DNA of 64,000 nt from Octopus sinensis (GCF_006345805.1 NC_043008.1:13826001-13890000); one strand, 5' to 3'. Numbered from the stretch's first letter, positions 41,604 through 55,839 are shown. Numbers and translations are program-made. The notes: generated by a model from the letters alone, not told the origin.

Positions 41604-41761
41604 TATATAGATAGGTAGAGAGACAGGCAGACTGGTAAAGAAACACGTGGGTGCGCGTGGGAAGAGAGATCATACGATCTTATTTGAATATACTAAGAAT
41701 GGCAGAACCAAATTGTGTCAGAAAATAAGGATACAACATTAGAATTGGAAGGTTCAATAAT

Positions 41762-41832
<71 letters not shown>

Positions 41833-43252
41833 ATGAATGTATGTATATATGCATGGATGCATGGAGAGATACATAGATGCATAAGTAGATATATGCATGT
41901 ATTTATATGCGTGTGTTCCTTCCGATGCCAGTTTTGTTATTATTTTTGAAAGACATTGTGTCTCACACCAGCTGTCAGAAAAATAATCGTTGTCTGTGGA
42001 ATATGATTTTTATCGTTAAGATGAAATTAAGTACTTATATTTTCAATTCTGTTTTTTGTGTTTTTCGTTTTTTTTTTTTGTACAAAATAGATTGTCTGTG
42101 CTGTACAGCTTGCATTGGGTTATGTATAGATCGTAAAATGGCGCTCGTTGTATTTCAATTTCAATCATGATTCATATTCGACGAAAGGCTCCCACTCTTT
42201 AGTATTATTCCATTTTCATAAAGAGAGATGTTATATAAATCATGTTTTTTGCGGTAATTTGATATAGATAAAGTTACATTTAAAAAATCGTCTGACTATC
42301 TATTCAATTAAGGGCGCCGTCGTGTCGGTAGTGCAGGCTACATCACGGAGCTGAACACTCAAGTCATTTAAATTAACATAGTCTTCACCACTACCCCCTT
42401 TATGTAACGGCTACTTACATCTGAGATGTTTATACTAGCTCTAATAGACTTAAATCAATAATTCTTCTGGATATTTTAAACATTTTTAGTAACACAAGTT
42501 TTAAATTTATTATTCAAGCCAGTTGGATATGGTAGTATAGTTTTCATCATTTTCTAAACATTAACGCATATATTTCAGAGCTCACGCGATAACCGATAAA
42601 AAGTTTTAATAATTTCTTAAATGTTTTACAAAATGAACATACTTGGAATATATATATATATATTTATATATTCACACATACACTCGAAGGCGCACGCACG
42701 CTCACACACACACATGTATATGTATCAGTATATATCAGTATGGTAATATTTTTTTTCTGTGTAAGTGTACAACTATTAGTTATCTCTCGACTGAACAATT
42801 GAATATCGGCAAATGTTTACTTTGTCCTGGATGTTCCCTGACTATTTGCCTTCAAACATTACGTTGTTGCTGCGTAAGGAACGTCCGATATTCGTACTGG
42901 ATGAAGTTTTCGATTTGGATTTCATATCTTATTGTGTTTCTTTCTTGAAATAAACGCAGAAGGAGTCCACAAATGAGGAAAAAAGATATATCGGTAGAAA
43001 TGGAGTAATCATGTATAAAAATTAATTTGTTATGATTTTATTAAATGAAACTATTTTTTTGCATTTTTTCTCCGTGATTATCCCTTACCCGCATTATATT
43101 TCCACGAGTACAAAAGCCGATCCTTTGAAAATTGATTATGGCGCTCGGTATGAAGAATTTAGGTCTGAGTGAAATACAGAAAACGTGGGAAGGAAAAGAT
43201 GCGGACTTTAGAAAAGATACTCACCAACTAAATTAGTTCAGATGAACTGAAA

Positions 43253-43460
43253 CCGGGTACTTGTATCGCAGAGTGGTCCCGATTCGCGCGGCGCGAATCG
43301 GGGACGTGCGAAACAAGTATATATCGTATATATACAAGTATATATCGTATACAAGTATATATCGTATATATCGTGCCTGCGCCAGTCAGCTCGTAGGATC
43401 GACTGCCTACGTCTGGCTAGCGCGGACGCGCGTCTGTCCGTGTGCGATACAAGTACCCTG
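43253..43460. mobile_element. 208-bp CpG-rich fold-back element with 18-bp TIRs (unclassified MITE-like)
   Basis: c(c/a)gggtacttgtatcgca at 43253-43270 versus tgcgatacaagtaccctg at 43443-43460. Internal hairpins and three exact 17-mers. No TSD found. Confidence 0.7.
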
Positions 43461-43715
43461 ATACCGTTTTATTCCGATTATGCAGATAATAATTTAATGA
43501 AGATAAGAAAGCTATACTTTGCATTCTACTAATTATAGCATACTGGTGTATGAATTTTTTTTCTTCTCGACAGCCTATTTTCTATTTATTCGGTATTGTC
43601 GGAAATGTATTGTGTTAAACTATACAAGCTAAGATATGTTAGCAGTGTTCTAATGAAATTACACATAGATTTGTAGGAGGTCAGCAAGACTTTATAATTT
43701 CAATATATTGTATCT

Positions 43716-44088
43716 TAAGAAGCACTCCGTCGGTTACGACGACGAGGGTTCCGGTTGATCCGAATCAATGGAACAGCCTGCTCGTGAAATTAACGTGTAA
43801 GTGGCTGAGCACTCCACAGACACGTGTACCCTTAACGTAGTTCTCGGGGATATTCAGCGTAACACAGAAAGTGACAAGGCCGGCCCTTTGAAATACAGGA
43901 ACAACAGAAACAGGAACTAAGAGTGAGAGAAAGTTGTGGTGAAAGAGTAGAGCAGGGATCATCACCATGCCCTGCCGGAGCCTCGTGAAGCTTTTAGGTG
44001 TTTTCGCTCAATAAACACTCACAACGCCCGGTCTGGGAATCGAAACCGCGAGTCCGCTGCCCTAACCACTGGGTCATTGCGCCTCCAC
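43716..44088 (-). mobile_element. SINE family C, full length, 12-bp TSD
   Basis: tatattgtatct at 43704-43715 and 44089-44100. Homologous to 1-285. Confidence 0.93.
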
Positions 44089-45412
44089 TATATTGTATCT
44101 ATACTTTTGAATAACACCAGCTCGAAAAAAACTCAAAAATGTCGTTGATATTTCCTCTGCAATTTGCCCCAAACAACTTAATATATAACACGTAAATTAT
44201 TCAATAGACGTGATTCTTGAAAACATGTAATATTGATGTTGCATGCTTTTAATGACTGTGTGAAGAAATATATTGCAAACGGAATGGGCCATCCTCTTCA
44301 AAATGCTATAAAAACATATCCATAACTGAAGTGACGTAGAATATATATGTTTGAACGTAGAAATATGTGAAATAAATGTGCTCCTCATTCTGCTCCAGGT
44401 AATTCAAATAAAATCTCTCTTCATAAATCTCGTTAAAGGTTTTAAAGGTTGCGCACTCGAAAGACAAACACATTCGAGATTATTGTCTTACGATATAAAA
44501 TAATGAATAAGGAGATATTATAGAAACATAAAATGAAACAAGAACAGTAAGTAACATATAATTAGTAATGTTTAATTGTATTTAAATGCATATATAGCAT
44601 TAATTACTCTTCACTAGCATTGTATTTCAATCATGAAGTGTTTTATCATAAACACAATGAATTTACTAAAAAAAAACAAAAAAACAATGTCATCCATTTG
44701 TGTTTAAAATAATTTCGAAAATTAATATAATCTAATATGCATTGATATAAATTGGTTTAGAGCACTTACGTCTCCGAAAAGAAATTAAGAAAACATATTC
44801 CTAAAGAACATTCATTTTATACAAGAATATAGGGAATGAATGTAGTATAATGTATGATTTAAGACGAGTGTCAAATGGGAGAAGACAATTTGTTGTTTCG
44901 GTCCTTGTACATAGATGTCGCAGCTGCTTTTGTCTATTTAAGTACAGGTTCTATTTTTATAGAAAATGTTCATGTTTGTTTATTAAATACTGTGAATTGT
45001 TATACAAGACTCTTCTGGGAGTGTTTAACCTTAAATAAACTCAGTTAAAAGAAGAGAAATTTACTCTCGGGCCCTCAAATGGTCACAGTTTTGCAAAGTC
45101 CGTTATGATTGTCAATGTTCGTACTTATTAGCAGGGTACGTTTTTATCTGTAGACGTAACATATGTTAGTAAATATGTAATTATTTACTTACTAGTAGGT
45201 GATTAAGCCCTCCCACCTGTTGTCCGAAGTGAGATAGTCCAAGTTTCAGCGTTTTATATAATTGGTCATTAGAAATTTAAAAGCAAAAGACCAGCTATTG
45301 AGGCCGTTATACGGGGTAATATAAATACATGAATAGAAAAAGGCATATGCTGTAAGAGGCCTGAAAACGCTTAGGACAGTATATAATAGATAAAAAAATA
45401 TATATTATGGAA

Positions 45413-45733
45413 TAAATGTTAAGAGAGGTACCTTTTTTGACATATCGTAACGCATTCTGTTGAGGCAAAATGTTCAAGTGTACTTTTTAAAATAGGAATG
45501 TGAAATTAGTAAAAACAATGTTAAGAAATTATTCGGTAGGAAAATTAGGTAAATATTTATGGTCAAGGGGAGGAAATAACGAGGATACGTCGCCTAAAGT
45601 GGAAGATTATAAAGTCACAAATCCAGTGCACCTAATCTGTGAGCTGACTAGCCAATCGAACAGCTAATTTCACCGTTAATTGGCTAAACTATCTCTAAAT
45701 CTAGTGGCCAATTAAATAAGTAAATGTAAATAT
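45413..45733 (+). repeat. Interspersed repeat, copy 1 (ends at (TA)n)
   Basis: Reverse complement of 48273-48622 with small indels. Confidence 0.8.
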
Positions 45734-45747
45734 ATATATATATATAT

Positions 45748-45903
45748 ATATGTTTTATTAAAACGCAGCAGAAATATCACAAATAATGTCACTCAGAGTT
45801 TCACGTTCCCGTTCATCGGATAAAACTGTCTGACAAACGGGACGTGAAACTCTGACTCAGTAACAGTTTAATGATATTTCTGCAGCTTTTTAATAAACCA
45901 TAT
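45748..45903. mobile_element. Head-to-head inverted duplication of a hammerhead-bearing repeat in (TA)n
   Basis: The arms are reverse complements. Plus-strand motif 45823-45869: aaactgt-CUGACAA-acg gga cgt-GAAA-c...GUA-acagttt. The minus-strand motif has CCGAUGA at 45813-45819. Confidence 0.75.
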
Positions 45904-46103
45904 TACTCTACCTTTGGTATTCGAGCTCCGATATATATATATATATATACACATACACACACATATATATATATATATATAAATATACACACACACACAT
46001 ATATATATATATATACACATATATATATACATATATATATACGTATACATATATATATGTGTGTGTATATATATATATTGTTTGTATTTATGTATGGATA
46101 TAC

Positions 46104-46172
<69 letters not shown>

Positions 46173-48026
46173 ACACACAAATAGATACATGTACTGACAC
46201 AGGCACACACACACATACACAGACACGCGCGCACACACATATATCGCTGTAAATGGATGATGGCCGTCAACTCACGACTTGATGTGATATATCATCTTCC
46301 CCATATATATTGGTGACATAGGCCACGTGTTTTCTCTTCCCACTCTTTCTTCCATCTCTCCCGCTCTCTCACTCTCTCTCACATATACACACTCTCTTCC
46401 CCATTGACTCTAGGGTGAATTTCAAAGTCTTTTGTTCTTCTATTTTGATTGTTGATAATAGAATCACACGGAACCCTTTCAGATATCGGAAAAAATACAA
46501 AGCAAAAGGAATCAATCAAAAACAAAACAAAACAAACAAAAAAAGCAATTGTTAAAATATAATTCTGGGTGGGTGGCTGCAAATCTAGATTTCACTTGAG
46601 AGCTAAAGTACATATGATATATATTCTTTGTTGTTTTGTAATCACAATGAAAGGAACCGTTTAATTATAGTACTTTGATTGACTGAAATGAACGGAAGGT
46701 ATAAGGAAATGTTGATTGTTTCACATTGTTGGTGTATATACAAAGTTTTGTTACTCGAAAGACTGTGTTTGATATATATATATGTCCATAATGTTAAATT
46801 GTTTAAATAAGTATAATTTTTGAATATATAGCTTCTTTGATATCGAAGTAATAACGATACAAAACGGTATTCACGGATTCATTATCTTTTGTGTCAAAAT
46901 GCCAATGAAATTTGATCCGGCCCTTTACTTTCTGGTTTCAAATTCCTTTTACGAACGGGTTTCAAGTTCCGCTTGGCCATTCACTCCTCTGTATCCGATA
47001 AAATGTACCAAGTAAGCTGTTAACTAACCCCTTGAGCTTAAATTAGAAACACTCACTTAAACAACTGCTGAAAGATGCATATTAATGGCATAACCTTCTT
47101 TTGCTGTTTTCACAGATTCCCATTACGTTCTGCAGCCATTAAATTCCCTTATTATGAATTTAAACTGGGAGTTTGATTCATAGTGAATATTTCATTACTG
47201 ATTAAGCAACCATGGATGCCATTCCCATGGACGTGTTGCAGTTATTGTCTTCATGGACACTGGTAAACCTTACCATCGATCTTCTTGGATTCTTCCGCTC
47301 AAAATCAATAAGAGAAGCACTCTTGGCTCCGTTGAACTCTTCTGCTACATCTTCACAACCCAACATGCTGCAGGCTCGTTACTCCGCTGTATCCCTCCGC
47401 CGTGACTGAAGGGGTGCTACACGCTACCAAAGGATAGTCTGTAACTATGCAGTTACTCCGTGAGATATTTTCAAAGTACCCCCGTACCCAAGGCATAAAT
47501 AGAAGCTAACATATATGCGTGTGTGTGTGCGTACGCCATTCCATACACATTGTTGGTCTGCCTCATTTTACTTTATTCAAGAACCCTTTAAGTCAGCTTT
47601 GGTCTCCTTCTATTTAATGCATTTACTCATTCCACTACCCCTCCACGCACAATGAAAGTTATTTAACACTTTAATACTAACTTTACACACTACACCCTCT
47701 TTTAGTTATGAATTCGCTTGATCTTATTTTACAGTTAACACTTATCTACGTGCTATCAATATCATTTATTATGTGTATTATTATATGAATGGGGAACCAA
47801 TTGTTGAAACTGGCATAATGCATGTACCTATGCAAAGGTTAATATAATGACATGTAATATGCATTAACATTGATTGGGTGTATAGGTATGTGTATCCTTG
47901 AGTTTATGGATGTTGAATGTGAGTTTGCACACGTGTATGTGTGTGTACATAGCTGTATATGTATATACAGGTGGCGTACAAAACAAATACATGTATTAGT
48001 ATAACGTTCATGAATAGAAAAAAAGT

Positions 48027-48062
48027 AATTTACGTTTCGAGCCTACGCTCTTCTACAGAAAG
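48027..48062 (-). ncRNA. Degenerate hammerhead-like motif
   Basis: cttt-CUGUAGA-a-gagc gtag gctc-GAAA-cg-UA. Same architecture as 4978-5012, but A6 is altered and stem I is poor. Confidence 0.35.
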
Positions 48063-48272
48063 AGACACAGAAAAAACAAGGAGAGAAAATTATATATATA
48101 TATATATATATTAAATATATATATACATGAGTATGTGCATGCATGCATGTGTACGTTGGATTTTTTGTATGAATGCATGAGCACATCTTAGTAAGAACTT
48201 GCATCTGTAAAATTAATTTACAAGTATTTTACTTTTATATTTTTAAATTTGTAATCATTAATTTAATTGGGG

Positions 48273-48622
48273 ATATTTACTTTTACTTATTTAATTGACC
48301 ACTAGACTAATTGATTTAGAGATAGTTTAGCCAATTAACGGTGAAATTAGCTGTTCGATTGGCTAGTCAGCTCACAGATTAGGTGCACTGGATGGTAGAC
48401 CAGCAGTCTGATTTGTGACTTTATAATCTTCCACTTTAGGCCACGTACCTTCGTTATTACCTCCCCTTGTCCATAAATATTTTCCTAATTTTCCTACCGA
48501 ATAATTTCTTAACGTTTTTTTTTTAATACTTTCTCATTCCTATTTTAAAAAGTACACTTGAACCATTCCCCTCAACAGTCTGAGTTCCGATATGTCAAAA
48601 AAGGTACCTCTCTTAACATTTA
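48273..48622 (-). repeat. Interspersed repeat, copy 2 (inverted relative to 45413-45733)
   Basis: Direct visual alignment; carries about 19 nt (ggtagaccagcagtctgat) missing from copy 1. Confidence 0.8.
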
Positions 48623-48885
48623 ACCTGATGGTTAAACAGGAACAGATGTCAAAGAAAATACAGTGTTGTTCTATTCAGTGACAAGTGGAATTGAATCCCC
48701 ACTAAATAAATCGATCATAATCATCGCCATGATCCTTATGGTCAAAACACACACCACTACCAACAACATCAATCATCAGCAGCCGCAACCAAACTATCCC
48801 TATCGTATCGCCATCATCATCCCCATCAGCATCAACGTCAGCACCATCGTCAGCATCATCAATGTCTCGATAAATGTCATCATTA

Positions 48886-49290
48886 GGTCGGCGAGCCGGC
48901 AGAAACGTTTGTACACAGGCTGCAATGCTTAGCGGTATATCGTTTGTCATTACGTTCTGAGTTCAAATTCCGCCGAGGTCGACTTTGCCTTTCATCCTTT
49001 CGGGGTCGATAAATTAAGTACCAGTTACGCACTGGGGTCGATATAATTGTCTTAATCCCTTTGTTTGTCCTCTTTTTGTCCCCTCTGTGTTTAGCCCCTT
49101 TGTGTGCAATAAAGAAATAAGAAACGTTTGCACACCGGGTGAACTGCTTAGCGGTATTTCGTCTGCCGCTACGTTCTGAGTTTTTCATCCTTTCGGGGTC
49201 GATAAATTAAGTACCATTTGCGTAGTAGGGTCGATCTAACTGACTGGCTCCCTCCTCCAAAAATTTCGGGCTTTGTTCCTAGAGAAGAAA
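48886..49290 (+). mobile_element. SINE family B multimer with two different tails
   Basis: Unit 1 ends ...gcaataaagaaata; unit 2 is internally deleted and ends ctccaaaaatttcgggctttgttcctagagaagaaaagaata. Confidence 0.85.
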
Positions 49291-50585
49291 AGAATATCTG
49301 TCATCATTTACTACATCATTAAGATACTGTCAGCGCTGTGGTTTCAATAAACTTAATAATTAACTCTAAGAAGACTGCATTTCGACGCCTCTTGATTATA
49401 ATTTCCATTAAACATTCATATATCATATGTTTGTGTCAATTTGGATAGTAAGTCATCTGGCGTGATGGTTAATAGAAATCGACAGTCTGAATAGCAAGAT
49501 AGTAAAAGAAGAGATGCTAGAGAAATCATATTCCTATTTATATAAAGATAAATATGTATATGAACGTGTGTGTCTATGTTTTTCTTTATATGTGATATTG
49601 TATTCAGTTTTGCAACTATTTTATTAATGTCAAGTGATTTATATTTAACTCCTCTTTGCTTCAGCATCAACTACGCGAATGTGAAAATTGATAAACATAT
49701 ATATTTAATGCCTCATCGACAATCGAGTATATTCATTTGTTGAGGTCGCCATATCATGTACCTTTCTATGTCGCTTATATTTTGCTTCTTATTTGCTCTT
49801 ATTCCAATTATGGTAAACAAATCTACTTTAAAAAATACTCTGTACTATCCTGTTCATTTTCTGCAAACAGATCAATAACTTTTAAAGAATTATTGTTAGT
49901 ATCATTTGTCCCACGAGAACTGGTTCGAGTTACTTTTATATCATCATAAATGCATCTAGAATTTATTGCTTTTTTAACTGTCTACTGCAATTTATTTAGA
50001 CTAACACATTGATATATTGGTTTAAAAATCTACAAGACAGCCGTATCTTACTCAGGCTGTTTGGCTTTGTTTCTTATTCTCAAAACACACACAGATTATA
50101 TGATATTGCACATTAGAATTCATGAAGTTATCTCATATAATATGTTTTGACTCGATACAATCCTACCCAGCGGACTAGATTATGTCACTCATAGAGTCTA
50201 ATTTTTATAAAGAAAGGGACAATATTAAAGAAAATACTTATCAACTTCTTCATTTGTATATTCACGTCTAGTTTCCTCACAAAGTTTTCTTATATATATT
50301 TTTTTTCGTATGAAAAATACCACGGAAAAAAATTTTCGTTTTTTTTTTTGTTTTTGTTTTTCAGATGAATTTTCTACCGTCTAATTTACCCAAATATCAG
50401 ATATTTATTTTATATCCATAGATTAATTTTCTGTACATTTTTATATTGTGTGTATCATGAAATACGCACACAGGCGCATACATGTATATTTACTTACATA
50501 GACACACCTACATGCATATATACATATATGTGTGTATGTGTATATGCACTCACAAACATACATACATGTTATATATATTATATAC

Positions 50586-50631
<46 letters not shown>

Positions 50632-50633
<2 letters not shown>

Positions 50634-50833
50634 ACGGAGATGTACTTGCATGGCAAGTGACCTGATCTGAGATCGTATGCAGGAACGAAAACAATTGCAG
50701 CGTGGAAGGTATTTATAAGCCATTTAAAACACACAACAACCGTTAGATTCACTTCATCATTTAAATTTAATATGCCAAAATATTTTTGTCGCTTTGAGAC
50801 CGCGACCTTTTCACTGACAAAATTCCGTACAGT
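50632..50833 (+). repeat. (TA)n-embedded repeat, homologue of 8414-8623
   Basis: gttacggagatgtac...aacaattgcagcgtggaaggt matches the reverse complement of 8414-8623. Confidence 0.75.
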
Positions 50834-51873
50834 ATATTATATATAAGCGTTGTGCGTCGTGATCCAGATCTCAGAGTTATGGTATTGCAGGAAAGCCGTG
50901 GACAGGTTGTGAATTTCAGAGTGCAGGCAGTTTGGGGGAACATACCTGGATGTATGATAGTAAGGACCAATGATTGTGCATATTCCATGCACAATATGCA
51001 CAATGATTTTGCATATTGAGATATGTTCTTGATTATAAGAATATGGTATGATGTCGTTCAAAAACATACGGCTGACACGTTCTATATTTCTATTAAATAC
51101 GCCTTCGGTGTCCCTTTCTATAGAGTAAGTAAACGTTGACTCGTAGGGTCTAATTTGCTAAAAAAAGTTTGGAGCAATATCCAAGATAATGTCTCCTCTA
51201 TAACAGTGCCTCAAGTGTATACATTCTCAGGAGTGCTTTTAATGAAAACAGAACTCTAAGCAAGTATGTGGTATTAAAATGGGGGAGAGAAAGACATTCA
51301 ACATACGATAAGATAATGTGATCTAATTGAATGCCACTGTTCCAAAAGATATGCTATGTCTGGAGACAGGTGTAGGCAAATGTTTATTGGTGGCGAGAGA
51401 GACAATAGTGTTATCGTTTCCATCAAACGAATCTAGTTATGGAAATCATTGGTTGGGAGTTTTAAGAGATTGGATAACACACACACACTTGCTGAAATAA
51501 CTGACTTTGCTTGAGTTTATAGAAACATCAGGCTTGTTACACAGCCTATGCTCTTCCAGATCAAATGATGTGCTTGTATCTAAATTTTCATTTACTAAAG
51601 CAATAAACAATGTCCACTAATAGAACATGCTTTTTGCTAGTTTTACACAAGGTTTTCTTATTTCTTTATTCACGGCACATCAAAATATTTCAAGCAGATG
51701 TTTGCATATTAAGCGTATTTCTACTATTCATCCCTATATTGGAAATATTCTAAATGCTTATTACATATGTGTGTATGTGTGTGTATGTGAGTGTGCGCGA
51801 TATATATATACATACATTAATACATACATACATATATACATACATACATACATACGTAATACATACATACATA

Positions 51874-52268
51874 GGCGCAGGAGTGGCGGTGTAGTAAGTA
51901 GCTTGCTAACCAACCACATGGTTCTGGGTTCAGTCCCACTGCCTGGCATCTTGGGCAAGTGTCTTCCGCCATAGCCCAGGGCTGATCAATGCCTTGTGAG
52001 TGGATTTGGTAGACGGAAACTGAAAGAAGCCTGTCGTATATATGGTATATATATATATGTGTGTGTCTGTGTGTCTGTGTTTGTCCCCCTAGCATTGCTT
52101 GACAACCGATGCTGGTGTGTTTACATCCACGTCACTTAGCGGTTCAGCAAAAAGAGACCGATAGAATAAGTACTGGGCTTACAAAGAATAAGTCCCGGGG
52201 TCGATTTGCTCGACTAAAGGCGGTACTCCAGCATGGCCGCAGTCAAATGACTGAAAAAAGTAAAAGAG
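51874..52268 (+). mobile_element. SINE family A, full length, inside (TACA)n
   Basis: Complete head-to-tail match; TACA repeats on both sides. Confidence 0.95.
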
Positions 52269-52282
52269 AAAAAAGAGAGAGT

Positions 52283-52923
52283 ATACATGCATGCATACAT
52301 ACTTACATGCATACATACATATATGCATACATACATGCATACATACATATATGCATACATACATGCATACATACATACATACATACATACATACATCCAT
52401 GTATACATAAATACATACATACATACATACATACATACATACATACATAAATACATATACGCATACATACATACATACATGCATACATACATACATACAT
52501 ACATACATACATACATACATACATACATACATGCATGCATGCATGCATGCATGCATGCATGCATACATACATACATACATACATACATACATACATACCT
52601 ACATACATACATACATACATACATACATACATACATAATACATACATACATACATACATACATGCACGCATACATACATACATGCACGCATACATACATA
52701 CATACAATCCATGCATACATACATACATACATACATATATACATACATACATACATACTACATACATATATACATACATACATACATCATACATACATAC
52801 ATACATACATACATAAATACATACATACATACATACATACATAAATACATACATCATACATACTACAACATACATACATACACTACATACATACATACAT
52901 ACATGCACGCATACATACATACA

Positions 52924-52956
<33 letters not shown>

Positions 52957-54495
52957 GCACGCATACATACATACATCCATGCATACATACATACATACAT
53001 ACATATATACATACATACATGCACGCATACATCTACATACATACATACATACATAAATACATACATACATACATACATGCACGCATACATACATACATAC
53101 ATACATACATACATAAATACATCCATGCATACATACATACATACATACATACATACATACATCCATGCATACATACATACTACATACATACATACATACA
53201 TACTCCATGCATACATACATCCATACATACATACATACATACATACATGCATACATGCATACATGCATACATACATACATACAAACATACATACATACAT
53301 ACATACATACATGCATACATGCATACATACATACATGCATACATGCACGCATACATACATACATACATGCACGCATACATACATACATACATCCATGCAT
53401 ACATACATACATACATACATACATACATACATACATGCATGCATACATACATACATACATACATACATACATACATGCACGCATACATACATGCATGCAT
53501 ACATAAATACATACATACATACATACATACATACATACATACATGCACGCATACATACATACATACATGCATACATGCATACATACATACATACATACAT
53601 ACATGCATACATTCATACGTACATACGTACATACATGCATACATACATACATACATGCATGCATGCATGCATGCATACGTACATACATACATACATACAT
53701 ACATACATACATGCATACATACATACATACGTACATACATACATCCATACATACATACATACATACATACATACATACATACATGCATACATGCATGCAT
53801 GCATGCATACATACATACATGCATACGTACATACATACATACATACATACATACATACATACATCCATGCATACATACATGCATACATGCATGCATGCAT
53901 GCATGCATACATACATACATGCATGCATGCATGCATGCATACATACATACATACATACATACATACATACATGCATACATACATGCATGCATACATACAT
54001 ACATGCATGCATGCATACATGCATACATAAAAACATACAAACATACAAACATACATACATACATACATACATACATGCATACATACATGCATACATACAT
54101 GCATACATACATGCATACATACATGCATACATACATGCATCCATACATACATCCACACATACATACATACATCCATACATACATCCATACATACATACAT
54201 ACATACATACATACATACATACATGCATGCATGCATACATACATGCATACATACATACATACATACATACATCCATGCATACATACATACATACATACAT
54301 ACATACATACATACATACATGCATACATGCATACATGCATACATACATACATACATACATACATACATGCATACATACATACATGCATACATACATGCAT
54401 GCATACATGCATACATACATGCATACATGCATACATACATACATACATACATACATCCTCCATACATACATACATACATACATACATGCATACAT
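52283..54495. repeat. About 2.2-kb (TACA)n array with TGCA/TCCA/CGCA/CGTA variants
   Basis: Seen directly. It explains all the long MYVC/HTYI ORFs. Confidence 0.98.
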
Positions 54496-55839
54496 ACTGA
54501 CTCGTTCATTTCAAACACTCTATAAGCGGAACAGTATAATTATGCAAGACTTATTCATAGGTTTAAAATGTGACATTTTAAACCTGTTTTAGCTATCTAC
54601 ATTTCTCTGACGGAGCTTTGTATCTGTATTAAAAACCAGCCCCTTATTCAAAGCATGATTCAAATAATCAAAAACAGAATCGAACATACACACAGTTTCC
54701 GTCAGGTCCGCTCAACGAGCACTAGGTAGTCCCGGGCGATAGCAGAAGCTACTTATGCAAAGTGCAACAGCAGTTTCTATCAACATGCAGCCTGATATAT
54801 GTGCTCAATATTTTAATAACAGAATGTGCTTAACATCCATGCTGAACTCGTTTTAGATATTTATTTTCTCGTTTTCCTTTTTTTTTTTTTTTTGTAGGTC
54901 ACTGTAAATATTTACACAGTGTTTGTAAAGATTATTATTAAGTCTATTTTATTTAAATAATACAAAATTCTTCAATTAGGAAAAAGAATTCCACAAAGAC
55001 ATTTTGTGAAGAATGGCATTAACAGCTGTTCCATAAGTTTTCTAATAACTATTATTTATGAAGGATTACGTTCATTTTATCATTTATATATGAATTCCAA
55101 GAACTTGATTTAACAAATGAAAAATATATATTTGCGTCTTTTATATATTTTCTTTGCTTAATTCTATTCTTTCTTAGCAAAATAATATTAATAGCAGAAG
55201 CATAATCGTTATTTGCTTTGCAATGTTTATCCTTTAGCGACTTAAAGCTAGTTAAAAACAGCAAAGTTTGTGAAGATTATAATAAATAAAAAGCGACAAT
55301 ATTTAATCATTTGTATTTTTCGCATGTCCTTATTCACCAGCAAAACAGTTGGAACAAATTATTCGTTATAACAAAGAAAAATTTTAGTGACAACGTAACA
55401 AAATTACAGTCAAAATTACAAATGCTGTCAGATGTTTAATACAGTGAGACTAATATGCATTTTCCGAATCAAGTAATTTACATGAGTGCATTTATTAACG
55501 GAATTCTACTTTTAGGCGTTAAATAATAGTATGTTCCATATATACCTTCAAACAAAAACAAAAAAACTTGACACTTTTTGACAAATAACATAAACGTGGC
55601 ATAAAACTGATGTATGTATACAGAAAATGCACATATACATATACGTACATGTTTACATACACACATAAGTATATACACAAATATTTTAGTGACGGTGGAA
55701 GATATATTCTGATGACAGTTTAATTAAGGTGAGCAAACAGAAATTTCTAAGTCACTGCCCAACATTCCTTTGTGAAAATTCATTTGTACTTGTCCAACAT
55801 TATTAAACAAACCATCGGTTTTCAATTTGATTCGTTTTT

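Noticed and set aside
43313-43367. CRISPR-like array from the 17-bp repeats (also the SINE B multimers)
   Set aside because: No unique spacers, eukaryotic context and no cas genes.
47190-47480. Possible exon (minus strand MLGCEDVAEEFNGAKSASLIDFERKNPRRSM|gtaagg)
   Set aside because: The acceptor has no polypyrimidine tract and there is no recognisable homology; probably a repeat fragment. Unresolved without RNA data.
52109-54592. Very long ORFs (up to 730 aa of MYVC/HTYI)
   Set aside because: These are translations of (TACA)n, which lacks stop codons in several frames; no evidence of coding function.
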